NCBI GenBank assembly: GCA_951406725.2
Contig: OX597822.1
Span: forward strand, 59,954,001 to 60,018,000
Reading direction: 5' to 3'
Origin: Octopus vulgaris
Lineage: Eukaryota
DNA: 64,000 nucleotides
A program made the position numbers and the translations under genes. A model generated the notes under the pieces. That model made no database searches. It saw only the letters and a list, made by a program, of their open reading frames with translations, and had not been told where the DNA came from. Below are positions 13,681 through 28,108 of the stretch, piece after piece; positions within the stretch are counted from its first letter, which is position 1; the number at the start of each line of letters is the position of its first letter.

Positions 13681-15617
13681 TATGTTAATTAATTTTGAAT
13701 ATGTAGTGAATATTTTACCTTTATGTGCTATTTATTTACAATAATATGTACCTTATTTAGTCAATTAATGAGCGAAGTACTTGATCTAAATATAAATTAC
13801 TTTACTTATATAATAAGTTTAATTTATTAGTTAGGATTTGTTTTGAATGTTAATTTGATATAGAATATATATTTGTTATCAATGACAGTCTAGTTTATGG
13901 TTTGTAATATTTTTATATATATATTAGTCAACATGACTTTGTATTATATATTTCGAATTAGATTTATTTAGATGTTTATTTAATTAATTAATATAATTTA
14001 TTAATGAATATTAATTACATTATATTTTTTTAATTAACTTAAATTTATTAAAATTATTAATTCTGATTGAATTTAGTACTGAGTTTATATAGAATGGGTC
14101 TAAAAGTTGTTTTGTTCGAATAAAGGTTGGGCTCCAGCGGAACCATATTTATATATATGAAACAAAGAAATTTGTATAAGAGTATTAGTGAATATACAGT
14201 AAATTGTAGTTATATAAATTAATTTTACTATATGGTGATTTGAGTATATTTTATCGTAGTTAATTCTAAATTTTAGTTTTCTAGTGAATGATATTCTAGT
14301 GTATAGTAATTTTATTCTCTCTGAGAGATTTTATTCTCATTTTCTGTTAAAGCTAAAATATATTTGTAGTTTCCATTGATAAAATGTATATTTCCATCTG
14401 TTTGTTCTATTTTTTAAGCAACGTAATTCACGAGTAATTTATAAACGCTAAATAAGACGTTTTTCGCTTTGAAATTTTTTAGTTAATAATACGCCTTTTC
14501 AAGATATAAGTAGACTTTTTTTATTTAAGAAATATTATTGTACTCTATATAAGTATTGATTGTTAAATATGAATTTATAATTTTTTATTCGTTATTGATA
14601 ATTTAGATAAGTACTTTTATTTAATTATTATTATTTTATAAATATTATATCTGAACGTAAATTTTAAAATACTAGTTAATCACTTTGGGATCTAGATCAT
14701 AAAAAATGTTTTAATTTAACTAAAAGTTTCGTATTATAATTTCTAGTCTTATCATATTTCTAGTCTTGTTATATTTCTAGTACTATTACATTTAATAATA
14801 ATAGGAATAATAAGTATTTTATAAAGATAAGTTATACGTTTTTACTTTGGAATTTTTCAGTTCTTATTTTTTACTTCATAAATATTTTCGGAAGATATCT
14901 ATAATATATATGTAGATAATAATGGACTAATTCATTTATTGTTTATATGTTTATTGATAGAAAAAATATAGATCTTTAATTACTATATTTGTTGATTATA
15001 ATTTAGATATTTTTATATATTTATTATTTTATAATTATTATATGCTAACTAAAATCTAAAAGTGATTTTTTGTAAAACAGTTTGGTAATTAAATATAGTA
15101 TTACTAGGTTAAATATATTCTATGGTTTCTTTTTTCATTAAGCTAAATTATATCCTCACAGATAAATACATTTTTCTATCTATTTACTCTATTTTTTACC
15201 TTAAATATTTAACCTAATAAATGTATTTTAGGAAACTGATCCTACTGCTTTAAGTTTCAAACTTAGTTAATGGAGTTTCATCTATAAGAAAAATCATTAT
15301 CTTATTTTATTTTATAAATATTGTTTAACTCTATTTGCTTATTTACTTAACTATTATTGTTAACCTGAAGAGTGACTATAATTTTAAATTGAATTGATTT
15401 TCGATTATATCTAAATTTAATTGTAATTCGAATCTAATTATAGCCATGAAACGTACGGAGTTTTTTTACTTGTTATATATTGATTATTCATTTTTATATT
15501 TTTGCGATCTAGTTATGTTTAAAAAAATTTTTTTTAACTTATAATTTGGTTTATGTCTGTCATTGTTTGAATTGTATAATAATGTTTTTTTTCTCGAATT
15601 TATATATTATACATTTA

Positions 15618-16758
15618 CGAGCAAAACGCCCCCCGTCCATTGGACGGTGCTGAGTTGTCAAACATTAAAACCAAATTTTCTCAAAACAACTTGTCCGACC
15701 GTCCCATAGGCCTCCCCTTTGAGAAACCTAAATTTGAAACACCAGCAAAAGAAGAAATAAAGATGGACTTTTTTCTATTCCAAAGAAAAACTATTTTATT
15801 CACACAAATATGCAACCGAAGAGTTTAAAGTACCAGTAATGATTAGGCTGTTGACTAGGAGAACACAAACATGGTTTAAACAGTAAGCTTGACAGGAAAG
15901 AAACGTGACTTTAAGCAGTACAAAAACAACAAAAAACTGATGGTGCAACCTTTGAAACAATAAAGCAATTATAATTAAAAATGCAAAATTATCGCATTTT
16001 CTTCCAAAAACAAACTGGTCAATTGTAGATTAGTTGTGTACGTTTAGAAAATGCAAATATTGCACGATTAAGAAGCAAGCAAATAGTCTTTTATTTCTAA
16101 AATTGAAGTATTTTGACTCCATTCACCTTGAAATAAAGCTCAAACAATCTTGATTAAAAACAATAATGGTTTTCTTTCACTAAGAAACACACTTTTTTTG
16201 TTTTAAAGCTATAAGACAACAAAAATCATTTATTAGCAACAAAATAGTATTTTCTTTCTTGAATAAAAAGCAATCCGTGTTTCCTTTTCATTAAAAAATA
16301 AAGCATGCCTTTATTTCAATAAAATTTTTGGTTTTGTTAAACGAAATTAAGGCAAAAAAAACTTCTTGCGAAACCAAATAGGCTTTACTGCCTTCATGCC
16401 AAGTTTGAAGAAAATATCTCTTTTGCATCGTACATTTTTGGGCTCTTAAATGTACTGCATTTTGTGGCATTATTTCAAGCCAGCCGGCTTTTTTTGCGCA
16501 AACTGCACGTGCATTTTTCTCGCGTACGCGTAGTATCGATCGCAACAGCTGATGTACTTGCGCGTACAAATGCACTTTCCCACGGCTTTATCGATCGCAT
16601 TCTCACCTGGAATCGATTTTTGTAATATTTTTTCAAATCTTCTACGCGCTCTGATGCCGTCGGTATCTACATATCAAATTTGAGCGCAATCGGAAGGAGG
16701 ATGCCTGAGATACTAGAAGACACACACACAGACAGACAGAACGGATTTTTATAATAGA
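15618..16758 (-). mobile_element. Non-autonomous Helitron, copy A (copy B 54681-55823)
   Basis: Minus strand has A|TCTATTATAAAA 5' end followed by (CTGT)n. The 3' end has hairpin CCGTCCA-A-TGGACGG then CTCG|T. It splits the tail of the Penelope remnant. Confidence 0.7.
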
Positions 16759-16826
16759 TATTGTGAAATTTGATTTAATACTAAATTGAATTTTCCCTGT
16801 AAGTTTGGAGTTATACTCCTTAATAT

Positions 16827-16869
<43 letters not shown>

Positions 16870-16874
<5 letters not shown>

Positions 16875-17058
16875 TTATAGAAGGAGCTTCTACAGGACTA
16901 GAACTGTTTCATTCAAAAGAAATCATCAGGAAGCTGATGATTTCTTTTGAATGAAACAGTTCTAGTCCTGGAGAAGCTCCTTCTATAAAATAAATTAATT
17001 TACTCTGCTATGTATTGAGTACCTTATTTACTGTGGTTAACCCCGACTCAACCCGGGA

Positions 17059-17149
<91 letters not shown>

Positions 17150-17372
17150 ACAAAGAAGGTCTTTGCAACAAGTTGCTAGACCACATACCGAAAGTATTAG
17201 AAATACTATTTCTAATACTTTCGGTATGTGGTCTAGCAACCTGTTGCAAAGACCCTCTTTGTTTTAATTATATAAACTTTTACCGAATATGGTCCTTTTC
17301 CATACCGAAACACTACTTGGTGAAATTTGTTGGTTTTATTAAATTAATTATATTTCACCATTTATCTCTGTA

Positions 17373-17423
<51 letters not shown>

Positions 17424-17674
17424 TATAATAAATTAGAGACAAAACCACTATTATGCAAATCAAACAAAGTAAGACTTAAGCCAACACATAAAATATAAAA
17501 TAAGTTATATAAATTAAAATTTAAATTATTTTATCTTTTATGTATTGGCTTAAGTCTTTCTTTGTTTGATTTGCATAATAGTGGTTTTGTCTCTAATTTT
17601 TATAATATAATATTTTATTATAAAATTGGATTCAATCTTAAATCTGATTTTTCCTTGTAAATTTGGAATTATTC

Positions 17675-17718
<44 letters not shown>

Positions 17719-17756
17719 GAGATGGTATTATTAAAATACCATCACGAGTGGTAAGC

Positions 17757-17808
<52 letters not shown>

Positions 17809-17855
17809 CTTACAATACTGTGATGGATTTTAATAATAATCTATTATTATAATAG

Positions 17856-17931
<76 letters not shown>

Positions 17932-18310
17932 TATATATATATATATACATATATAAATATAGAGATGGTATTATTAAAATACCATCACGAGTGGTAAGCG
18001 AATTATCGGCCGTACAGGCAAATTAATAAAATATATACATACAATATTAGATACGTACATATATACACAAAGGTACTACATGAGTACCTATATCTCTGAA
18101 GATAGAAGTCAAAAAATACTTCTGTACCACCGAATAGTCACAAATCTATTACAGACATGATAGGAAAAAATATCAGTGAACAATAATAATGTTTTCCCTG
18201 AAATGTAATAGATTTGTGACTATTCAGTACTACAGAAGTATTTTTTGACTTCTATCTTTAGCGATATAGGTGCTCATGTAGTACCCTAGTGTATATATGT
18301 ACATATCGAA
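16870..18310. repeat. Cluster of distinct fold-back (palindromic) elements separated by (TA)n tracts
   Basis: Near-perfect hairpins at ~16870-16992, ~17150-17262, ~17425-17605 and ~18040-18310, plus short inverted segments at 17710-17860. Confidence 0.9.
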
Positions 18311-18321
18311 TATTGTATGTA

Positions 18322-18377
<56 letters not shown>

Positions 18378-18389
18378 TATATGCTACAA

Positions 18390-18545
18390 ACATCTCAGTT
18401 TCCATCAGCCAAATCCATTCACAAGGCTTTGGTCGGTTCGAGGCTACAGAAGAAAACACTTCCTCAAGGTCTCATTCAGTGGAACTGAACCCACAACCAT
18501 GTGACTGGAAAGCAAGCTTCTCCCACACAGCCATGCCTGCGCCTA
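18390..18545 (-). mobile_element. Octopus-type tRNA-SINE, 5' part
   Basis: Reverse complement reads AGGCGCAGGCATGGCTGTGTGG...GGTTCAGTTCC; same family as 23215-23634. Confidence 0.8.
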
Positions 18546-19109
18546 TTTAAGTCTAATTTACGTACGTTGGTTAAAATCTATAAGGTTGCTTCTTTGTCAA
18601 TTCATAACATAAAAATTGAACACTGCTAACACCTCATTAATTCATTAGTACAACTAGTTTCCAAGAATGTGTCATGTATGTACATTGGCGTATCCGAATT
18701 AATAAAACCTTGATAATACTACCTATGTGTATCACCGTTGAAGATTGGAGAACAAAAGCTGCTGAAGAAATCTCAAAACTGGTCCAGCGGATCCCATTTC
18801 ATCCACAGCATGGTTGTTTAAAATGACAGTCGTTTACGATTGTCCAATTTATTTATATGTCTCCTATACACGCAGGACCGGCTCGAGGTACGGGCAACTC
18901 GTGCAGTCGCCCGGGGCGCTATGTTCTGGGAGGCGCCAAGGAATGCGTGACTAAGACAAGGAAATTTGCACGACTGTCAGCTTGTTCAACTTGCCTGTTC
19001 AACATGTACTGTAGGCTAAAATTTTTCTGAAGAAAAAGGAATATTCCTAGCACGTCAGTAATACATACAAAACAGAGAGTGGGGGAGGAAGAGACAGACA
19101 GACAGAGAG

Positions 19110-19116
19110 GGGAGAA

Positions 19117-19150
<34 letters not shown>

Positions 19151-19262
19151 GAAGAAAGAGAGAAAGAGGAAGAAAGAGAGAAAGAGGAAGAAAGAGAGAG
19201 AGAGGAAGAAAGAGAGAAAGAGGAAGAAAGAGAGAAAGAGGAAGAGAGAGAGAGAGAGAGAG
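19110..19262. repeat. Purine-rich 18-bp minisatellite (GAGGAAGAAAGAGAGAAA-like)
   Basis: Direct inspection; explains the EEEREK-type ORFs. Confidence 0.85.
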
Positions 19263-19579
19263 GCGCTGTCATCGGATAGAATGCCTTCCAGATATTTGTT
19301 TCAAATCTCTTAGTTTTCTCTTCGAATCCTGCAGGTGCCAACTTCAGTTTTTTTATTTCTGACTCAAAAATAAACAAGTAGCAGTCCCGTGCACTCGATT
19401 GATAGACTTATTAGTGCGTCATACAAGATGATACCTTGTACTAATTGCGTTCTGGCGTTAACGGCTACCACAATATGGGTGTCTAAGGGAAAAAACGTTG
19501 CATTTACTTTGGAAAACATCGGTGGAGTCGACGAAGGCTTTGTATGCATGGGCCACTATTAGATTACTACTACTACTAC

Positions 19580-19629
<50 letters not shown>

Positions 19630-20759
19630 TTACTACTACCACTACTAAAATTTATAACGATTTATTTTATTCGCCACAAGGACGACGGATAGGGCATTGC
19701 AAGGATAAATTACAAAAATGGTGGTCAGGGTTCGCAGAATAGATTTTGAAAAAAAAAAACAGAAAGCATGGAAAACAATAGCTTAAAAAAAAGTTATTTA
19801 ATCATGTAATTAATCAAACATTTAGAACCAAAGAAGGAATCGCATGGGCCTCAGGATATCCTGACAGTAAGGAGCAAGTTCATTCTCTAGCAATGGTGTT
19901 CCTTTACCCAGAAGAAAAAGTTGAGGATTTTCCCATTTAATTGGGCCATTCTCTGCTTTCTAACCTCCCTTTTAGCAAATTTGCTGGAGTGTAGTGTATC
20001 GTTCTCCGTATCTTCTCCTCCAAGTAGTAATTGAAAAAGTTGAGAGTTTTGCCAATAAGGAAAGTGACCGTTTGCGCTATGTTCAATCTTGTTAGGATGC
20101 AATCTCTTTTACAACAACTACTTAGCTGAGGAGAACATCCTACCCTTCCCAAATAAAATGACCAAGCATTGTTGACTTACAGTGAAGTTAGAAATGCTCG
20201 GACACAGAACGAGTTTGCAGAATGGTTTCGTCGCTCTGCACAAATACAGGACAGGCTTTATTGGAAACACTTCTGTACTTTATTCTGACTCGGTACAACT
20301 GAGCCGGAGATCTCCAAATGTTGCGCATACCTCCTTGAATCCAAATTTTCCGTAGTATAACTTTTCAGCAGCAGCAGCAGCAGCAGCAGCAGTAACAACA
20401 ACAACAACAACAACAGCAATGACAGCAATGACAACAACGACAACGACAAAAACCAAATAGATATTGTATAATTGTATGTCTGGTTTTTATATATCTTTTC
20501 ATCTTTATATTTACTTTAAAAGGTTTCGTTCATTTTGTTTACGTTCAAAGAATAAAACTCCAATACATTTACAAATTAGTTTGTTACAACAGAAAAATTT
20601 ATTTTCAGTCATTTCTTTCCACACCTTCCTACGTGTTTTTGTAATTCTTGCTGTCATCGTTGTCACACTCGCCGTTAGTGCTGGTATTCTTTTCCTCTTT
20701 ATCCCCTCCTTTTTCTCTCCATCGTTTCCTTTTCCTTATTCTTACCTATAATGATGCCT

Positions 20760-20925
20760 TGATTGGTACGATTAGAAAAACAAATATCTAGAGATTACTT
20801 TTCATTGGTCATCTGGCGCAACATTCAAACCCGTACAACTTTGTGTAAACTTTGGCATACGCTATTGTTCCCACTGACCATATCCTATAAATACTGGACT
20901 TTCTCGTGTTGCCTACCAGAATTGC
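20760..20925 (+). promoter_or_regulatory. Candidate core promoter of the Delta-like gene
   Basis: TATAAATA at 20886-20893, ATTGG (reverse CCAAT) near 20762 and 20804, and no ATG between the TATA box and the signal-peptide ATG at 21107. Confidence 0.5.
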
Positions 20926-21106
20926 CTTGTTTGTTCACAGAGAATTCAGTGAGTTCATTTCTGCACCGGAGCTCCCTGTGAGTTTAAGTCGCTGTTCAAT
21001 ACGTCGACTAGCGTCGCCTTTGCAGGGACGAGTGGACTAGTGATAATTATACATACACTGTATATATCTAAAAGCTCATAAGACAATTCTTAATAAGGCA
21101 ATCAGC

Positions 21107-21163
21107 ATGCTTCAATCAACCGGTAGATTCCTGCTCTGCGCTTTTCTTGCTACAATAGTTTCT
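21107..21163 (+). CDS. Exon 1: signal peptide MLQSTGRFLLCAFLATIVS
   Basis: ATG, hydrophobic core, donor TCT|GTAAGT in phase 0. Continues as PIVA-DYV in exon 2, a plausible cleavage site. Confidence 0.8.
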
Positions 21164-21223
21164 GTAAGTATTCTGTCTTAGATTCCCTCCAAACCGAACA
21201 TTCGCGCGCACACACACAGACAC

Positions 21224-21274
<51 letters not shown>

Positions 21275-21390
21275 AACACACACACGCACACAGATTCTGT
21301 ATAATACATTTTTAGACACATGAGTGTCTTTATACATACATATGTATGCGTGTATGTATGTTTGTATGAGCATGCATACATGTGTATACA

Positions 21391-21465
<75 letters not shown>

Positions 21466-21589
21466 ATTCATACATATGTATATACATACATACACATACG
21501 TACATACATAATATATACATGCATACATACATATACACACACAGGTATGTAATTATGTATTTATATATATGTGTATATATATGTATATA

Positions 21590-22010
21590 TCACCTTGATC
21601 ACCTTGACCGACCAGTCCGTCGGGCATCCATTTGACACCGCTGGTCACAGCACGCTGTCCACTCCCCACTGGATCGCGCCTTTCTCATCCACGTGATCCC
21701 AATCGTCCTCCTGAAATCGTAACTCCACCGCTGTGGAGGCCTTCCGGGTGGTCGTTTCAGCTCGCGCGAGTACCACTCGACAACTGCGCGGGTCCACTGA
21801 TTATCGGTGAGCCAGGCGACGTGTCCAGCCCATCTAAACTTGTGCGTGTATACTTTGCGATGACATCCCTCACGCCGGACTTCTTTCTGATGATCTCGCT
21901 ACTGATGTGCTCTCTCAACGAGATACCAAGCATTGACCTTTCCATGGCTATTTGAGCCGTTAACAGTCTCTGCTCTTCTCTCTTTGTTGTAGCCCATGTT
22001 TCATTACCTA
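21590..22010 (-). mobile_element. 3' fragment of a second RTE-clade LINE in intron 1
   Basis: ETWATTKREEQRLLTAQIAMERSMLGISLREHISSEIIRKKSGVRDVI, then a shifted frame with WAGHVAR...RPPGRPPQRW. Confidence 0.8.
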
Positions 22011-22107
22011 TTATATATATATATATGTATATATATGTATGCATATTCTTATATTCTTTTACTTCTTCCAGCCATTTGACTGCAGCCATGCTAGAATAGT
22101 ACCTGTA

Positions 22108-22145
<38 letters not shown>

Positions 22146-22385
22146 TACGTGTGTGTACGTATGTGTGTGCATATATTTACATCTATGTGTATATATATAC
22201 ATACATATACCTCTATACATACGTATATATATACACATACATATATATATATATACATGCATACACACATATATATAGATATAGATATACATATTTGTAT
22301 ATGAATATATATATATATGAATATATATATGTATGTATATATATATATATGTATATATTTATGTATATGTATATATATATAATTC

Positions 22386-22416
<31 letters not shown>

Positions 22417-22435
22417 AATATGTATACATACATAC

Positions 22436-22481
<46 letters not shown>

Positions 22482-22619
22482 CAGTAAATTAAATAGAGAA
22501 ATACAAGTGATAATCTACTAATTTATTTATATTATAATATAATATGATGTACCATGAATAATATGTTATATAACCTAACATAACATAACATAACATAACA
22601 AAAACACAACAAAGCCAAA

Positions 22620-22702
22620 AAGCCAACAATTTGTTTCGACTTATATGCATCATTTGATTTATAAACTATTCATATCCATGTATACAAGTCTCTTCGGGGT
22701 TT
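22620..22702 (-). ncRNA. Degenerate hammerhead-ribozyme-like motif (Penelope-derived end)
   Basis: Minus strand: CCGAAGA-GACTTGTAT...ATATAAGTC-GAAAC-AAATT-GTT; one core mismatch. Confidence 0.35.
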
Positions 22703-23172
22703 TGGTTCAAAAAGACGGACGAAATTCGATGCAAAAAAACTGCGAGATTGTAAAATATTGATTCAAAAAAACCTGTTTAAGAGCGTCAGCATTATGGTAC
22801 TCGTTATGTATTCAGATACATAACGAGTACCATAGAAGCACAAAATTATGACGGACAAAATAATTAAGTAAAGAAAATATACATCTGTCAAAAAATGTTT
22901 CTATATGCCTCCCAAAAAATTAATTTAATTTATTGTTTGTAATTTGTAAATTTGTATTCATACACCTATCTCTGTGGTACTCAACTGACGTACCTGTGAA
23001 TTGAAGGATTTTTTTATTCGTTTGTTACATTTTATGTGGGTGTGTGTGTGCGCGCGCGTGTGTGTGTGCGCGCGTGTGTGTGTGTTATGTATGTATGTGT
23101 GTGTGTGTATGTATATATGTATGTATATATGTATGTATATATGTATGTATGCATGTATGTATATATACTCTC

Positions 23173-23205
<33 letters not shown>

Positions 23206-23214
23206 GTGTATACT

Positions 23215-23634
23215 CTTTTTACTCCTACTCTTTTACTTGTTTCAGTCATTTGACTGCGGCCATGCTAGAGCACCACCTTACTAAAGCACCGCCTTTAGCC
23301 GAGCAAATCGACCCCAGGACTTATTTTTTTAAACCTAGAACTTATTCTATCGGTGTCTTTTGCCGAACCGCTAAGTTACAGGAACGTAAACACACCAGCA
23401 TCGGTTGTCAAGCTATATTGGGGGGACAAACACAGACACATAAACACACACACATATATATACATATATACGACGGGCTTCTTTCAGTTTCCGTCTACCA
23501 AATCTACTCTCAAGGGTTTGGTCGGCCCGAGGCTATTGTAGAAGATACTTGGCCAAGGTGCCACGCAGTGGGACTGAATCCGGAACTATGTGGGTGATGA
23601 GCAAGCTACTTACCACACAGCCACTCCAGCTCCT
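23215..23634 (-). mobile_element. Full-length Octopus-type tRNA-derived SINE
   Basis: Minus-strand head GGAGTGGCTGTGTGGTAAGTAGCTTGC...GGATTCAGTCCC (A/B boxes), internal (TG) tract and tail ...AAGTAAAAGAG. Confidence 0.85.
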
Positions 23635-23826
23635 GGATAATTAAAGAAGATACTCAGTATCAGATGAAATGTCATCAAAACATCTTTATCTGCCCATAGA
23701 CATACTGCATATAAAGACAAGAAGTCAGAAATATAAATCGTAAATGCTATAGAAACATATTTCATAAAGTGTTCTTACTGATGTGTATAAATATATATGT
23801 GTTTGTGTGTGTGTGTGTGTGTGTAT

Positions 23827-23884
<58 letters not shown>

Positions 23885-23889
23885 ATAAA

Positions 23890-24090
23890 GTTAATCCAAA
23901 CAAGAAAGCACAAAAAAACACAACAACGCGAGGACGTGGAACAAATATAGTATTATTGGACGCTCAGGAAAGAAGGAGGGTTTAATGTTTCGAGCGGAGC
24001 TCTTCGTCGGAAACATAGGAGAAGGAAAGATCCAGAGAAGGGAAGACAGAGGAAAAAAATCGCCAACGGTACACACGAGGTCACATTTTG
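23890..24090 (-). mobile_element. Penelope-like terminal fragment with a degenerate hammerhead core
   Basis: Minus strand CCGACGA-AGAGC-TCC-GCTC-GAAAC-ATTA at ~23978-24015; flanked by (TG)/(TA) tracts. Confidence 0.4.
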
Positions 24091-24440
24091 TGTTTTATAC
24101 ATGTATATATATATATATATATCAGTTATATGTGTAATAACAGATTTTTGTGTTTCAGTGCTGTAGAATGTATCAATACCATTCATCCAACACTGCATGT
24201 TATAGATAGATTTAAGCATCCTGTCTTTATATACAATAACTTTATGAAGAGGTAAAAGAGTAATCAGCCGGACTAGTTTCAATCTTTTTGTGAGAGTTTG
24301 TCAACAATAGAGTACTCTTTCGTTGTCCACCGCTAATAAACCTATAATTACTAAGAGCTTAAATATCCTCAGCAATGGGCTGAAACTGACCTGATTGATT
24401 CCGTTATCTCTGACTACTAGCTTATTTTATATTTATAAAA

Positions 24441-24800
24441 AGGCGCAGGTATAGCTTTGAGGTTACCAAGACCGCTTCACGGGCATTTAGTTTCGGCTTC
24501 GGTTTAACTTTGGGAAAATATATTCTACTATAATTCCGAATCGACCAAACCCTTATGAGTAAATTTGGTGGACAGAAATTGGGTATAAGGCTGCCGTAAA
24601 TGCATAACTTTGTGTTTCTCTTCGACTCTCATGATTTATAATTAGTGGTGGTTGTTTATTTTTCGTAACTTAAAGGTTTAGCAAAGTGGGTGGGATAGAA
24701 TACGTGCCAGACTTAAAAGATACTAGGGGCGATTTGATTCACTAAACTATGATTAACCTTAAACTGATGCCACAGCATAGCTGCAATCGAAACAAGTAAA
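24441..24800 (+). mobile_element. Old degenerate SINE
   Basis: aggcgcagg head, tcgaccaaaccctt.tgagt..atttggt..ac.gaaa, and a gcagt/cgaaacaagtaaa-type tail. Confidence 0.55.
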
Positions 24801-25158
24801 GGGATAGAGAGGGTTTTCTTTTGTGTATTGTTGGCTAAAATTCTATAGGTATTTTTTGTGTGTTCAGTGCAGTACAACAAAAAACAAACACTAAAAAGCA
24901 TCGGTAATTTAGTAATCGAATAAGCTGTCACATATACATTACATGTATAAATCAGTTTATCTAAGGCCTGAATAATATCGAGCTTATTAGCAATTTCTCC
25001 GTGGACAATTAAAAAAATACTCAGTTTTATATGAAATGTCATCAAAACATATTTATCTGCCCATAGACATATTGCAAATAAAGACAAGAAACCAGAAATA
25101 TAAATCGTAAATGCTATAGAAACATATTTCATAAAATGTTCTTCCTGATATTTTACAG

Positions 25159-25348
25159 CCAATTGTAGCCGACTATGTAATTGATGTGAAGTTTATCAAG
25201 TTTGAAAATTACAACCGTTTACTGGCTAATGGACGCACATGCTCCAATTTCGGAAGTCAACAATGTCAAACGACTCTTCATGTTTGTGCTAGACCTGATG
25301 ATACTTCGACATTGTGTCGTTATGGCGAGACTAAAACAGGAGTTATCG
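25159..25348 (+). CDS. Exon 2: MNNL/C2 domain N-part
   Basis: Acceptor ttttacag, donor G|GTAAGT. PIVADYVIDVKFIKFENYNRLLANGRTCSNFGSQQCQTTLHVCARPDDTSTLCRYGETKTGVI parallels the Delta-family pattern F.N..G.L..G..C...C.T.F.VC......C.FG...T.VLG. Confidence 0.9.
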
Positions 25349-25701
25349 GTAAGTACATGTTTATCCATAAAAATAAAACTAGCGAGATTCCAAGATTGAA
25401 GTTCAAAACTATTTCAAGATGACTTGTTTTGTATTTTTATGATATGATTCTACGTGTGTTAGTTTGCGTACATTTTAAGTACCAGACATCTTTTTCATTA
25501 CTAAAATCATTAGAATAGGAACGGGTAAATATAATTCACATCCCTGAACAGTGTAGAAAAAGTTAAATAAGTATACAGTAATATACTCATTCAAAGGACA
25601 AACGATATTTGCATTAACGCTTTATGTACGTTTCTATTTTCTACATATCATTATGTTTGTTAATATGCATATGAGAGTGTGAATACTCGTATATATACAT
25701 G

Positions 25702-25780
<79 letters not shown>

Positions 25781-25784
25781 GATG

Positions 25785-26877
<1,093 letters not shown>

Positions 26878-28108
26878 TTTCGTAGCGATCGGTTCTACAT
26901 GAAACTTTTATATACAACGCAATATTCCATATCGATATAGATCGTGAAATACAAATGAGGGTGGAATTGGTTCCCTTAGGAGTCACTAAAATCATGTAGG
27001 ATAATGCTAATTATGAAAGAAAGTGCTCAATATATCATCAGTGATGGCAGTAACAATGATGAGGCAAACGAATACTTAGAGCTGATGATAGAAAGAAGGA
27101 AATAAGAATAGCAGTAACATTATATTGAAAAAGTGAAGTTTCATAATGCCCCCGGTAGGTGTCAGCAAACATAACCTATTTATCAGAAACTGGAGACAAA
27201 AGAAGTCATATCTTCTCATAAACGCACCTACGCACCAAGGTAGTCATGTATATATGTTTCTCCCTATATCTTTCTCTCTTTCTACCTCTTTCTCCCTTTC
27301 TCTCTCTCTTTCTTTCTATTTCTCTCTCTCTCTCTCACTCACCATGTATGTATGTATATATATGTATGTATATATTATGTCGCCAATAAAAACAGGGCGA
27401 AAACCATCAACGTGTTCGTATTTAGAAATGTCTTACTGAGGAAGATCTTGCGTAAGAGACGAATTTTTATTTTATTTATTGAGTCATGACCTGAAACGTG
27501 GGTATTATATGCATTAAAAGTATCATTACTTGCTTTAATTTCCTTATTTTACATTATACAACTCCATGCCAGAACAAGCTAGCCAGACCTTATTCCATTT
27601 ATACGGGAATTTTAACATGAATTTAGATGGTTTGTTCAATTCGACCCCAGTCGGAAAATCCTGGTAATATGCACTGGTTTTAAGCATAACACGAAATATC
27701 AATACTCTATCTAGATGAGTAAACATTACACATATCCAGAGAAATTTCCACATACGGTGGAATGATTATAATCTAGCGTAATTTGTACGAATGTAAAGAC
27801 AAGGGTAATATTTTTCTTATTAGAGTGGCTTAGTATTAGAAAGAGACTTGATTCACAAAACATCACTAGAGATAACAGTAAGTCTCTGTACATGGAGACA
27901 GTGTAGTTTGGAGTTAATGCAGACAGTATACATGGAGAGAGTGCAGACAGTCTGGCCTGATAATATATCTACGTTATGTGTATATAACATCTTTATACTG
28001 GAGGTTAGAGAGAATGGAAAGGTTATATCATCTGTGTACTTGTGTCTGTAAATTTTCACTCTCGTATCCCAATATAATTTCTGTTTCATTTTTCCAAATT
28101 AATTTTAG

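Larger units (their letters stand above)
9622..16830 (+). mobile_element. Decayed AT-rich Penelope-like element with an inverted 5' arm, interrupted by CR1 and Helitron insertions
   Basis: ~9990-10220 translates IYIGSTSSKIKLRVAQHMHSFKN...LSKYI*ELK...W...CLLC (GIY-YIG remnant). 9622-9950 is an inverted copy of ~15280-15605. Hammerhead-like CTGAAGA...GAAAC at 15365-15452. The tail resumes at 16759-16830. Confidence 0.7.
1..17700 (+). repeat. Segmental/tandem duplication unit, copy A (visible part); matches ~39202-~56780
   Basis: Colinear, near-identical sequence at ~39.2 kb offset. It includes the CBM14 exon, 3' flank, SINE, RTE, CR1, Helitron and hairpin blocks. Confidence 0.97.

Noticed and set aside
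9620-15610. Very AT-rich tract suspected to be a mitochondrial insertion
   Set aside because: No mitochondrial gene or tRNA recognised; the GIY-YIG remnant, inverted arm and hammerhead core fit a decayed Penelope-like element.
18873-18940. GC-rich CAGGACCGGC...GGCGCC segment like a hAT terminal repeat
   Set aside because: No matching opposite end or target-site duplication identified.
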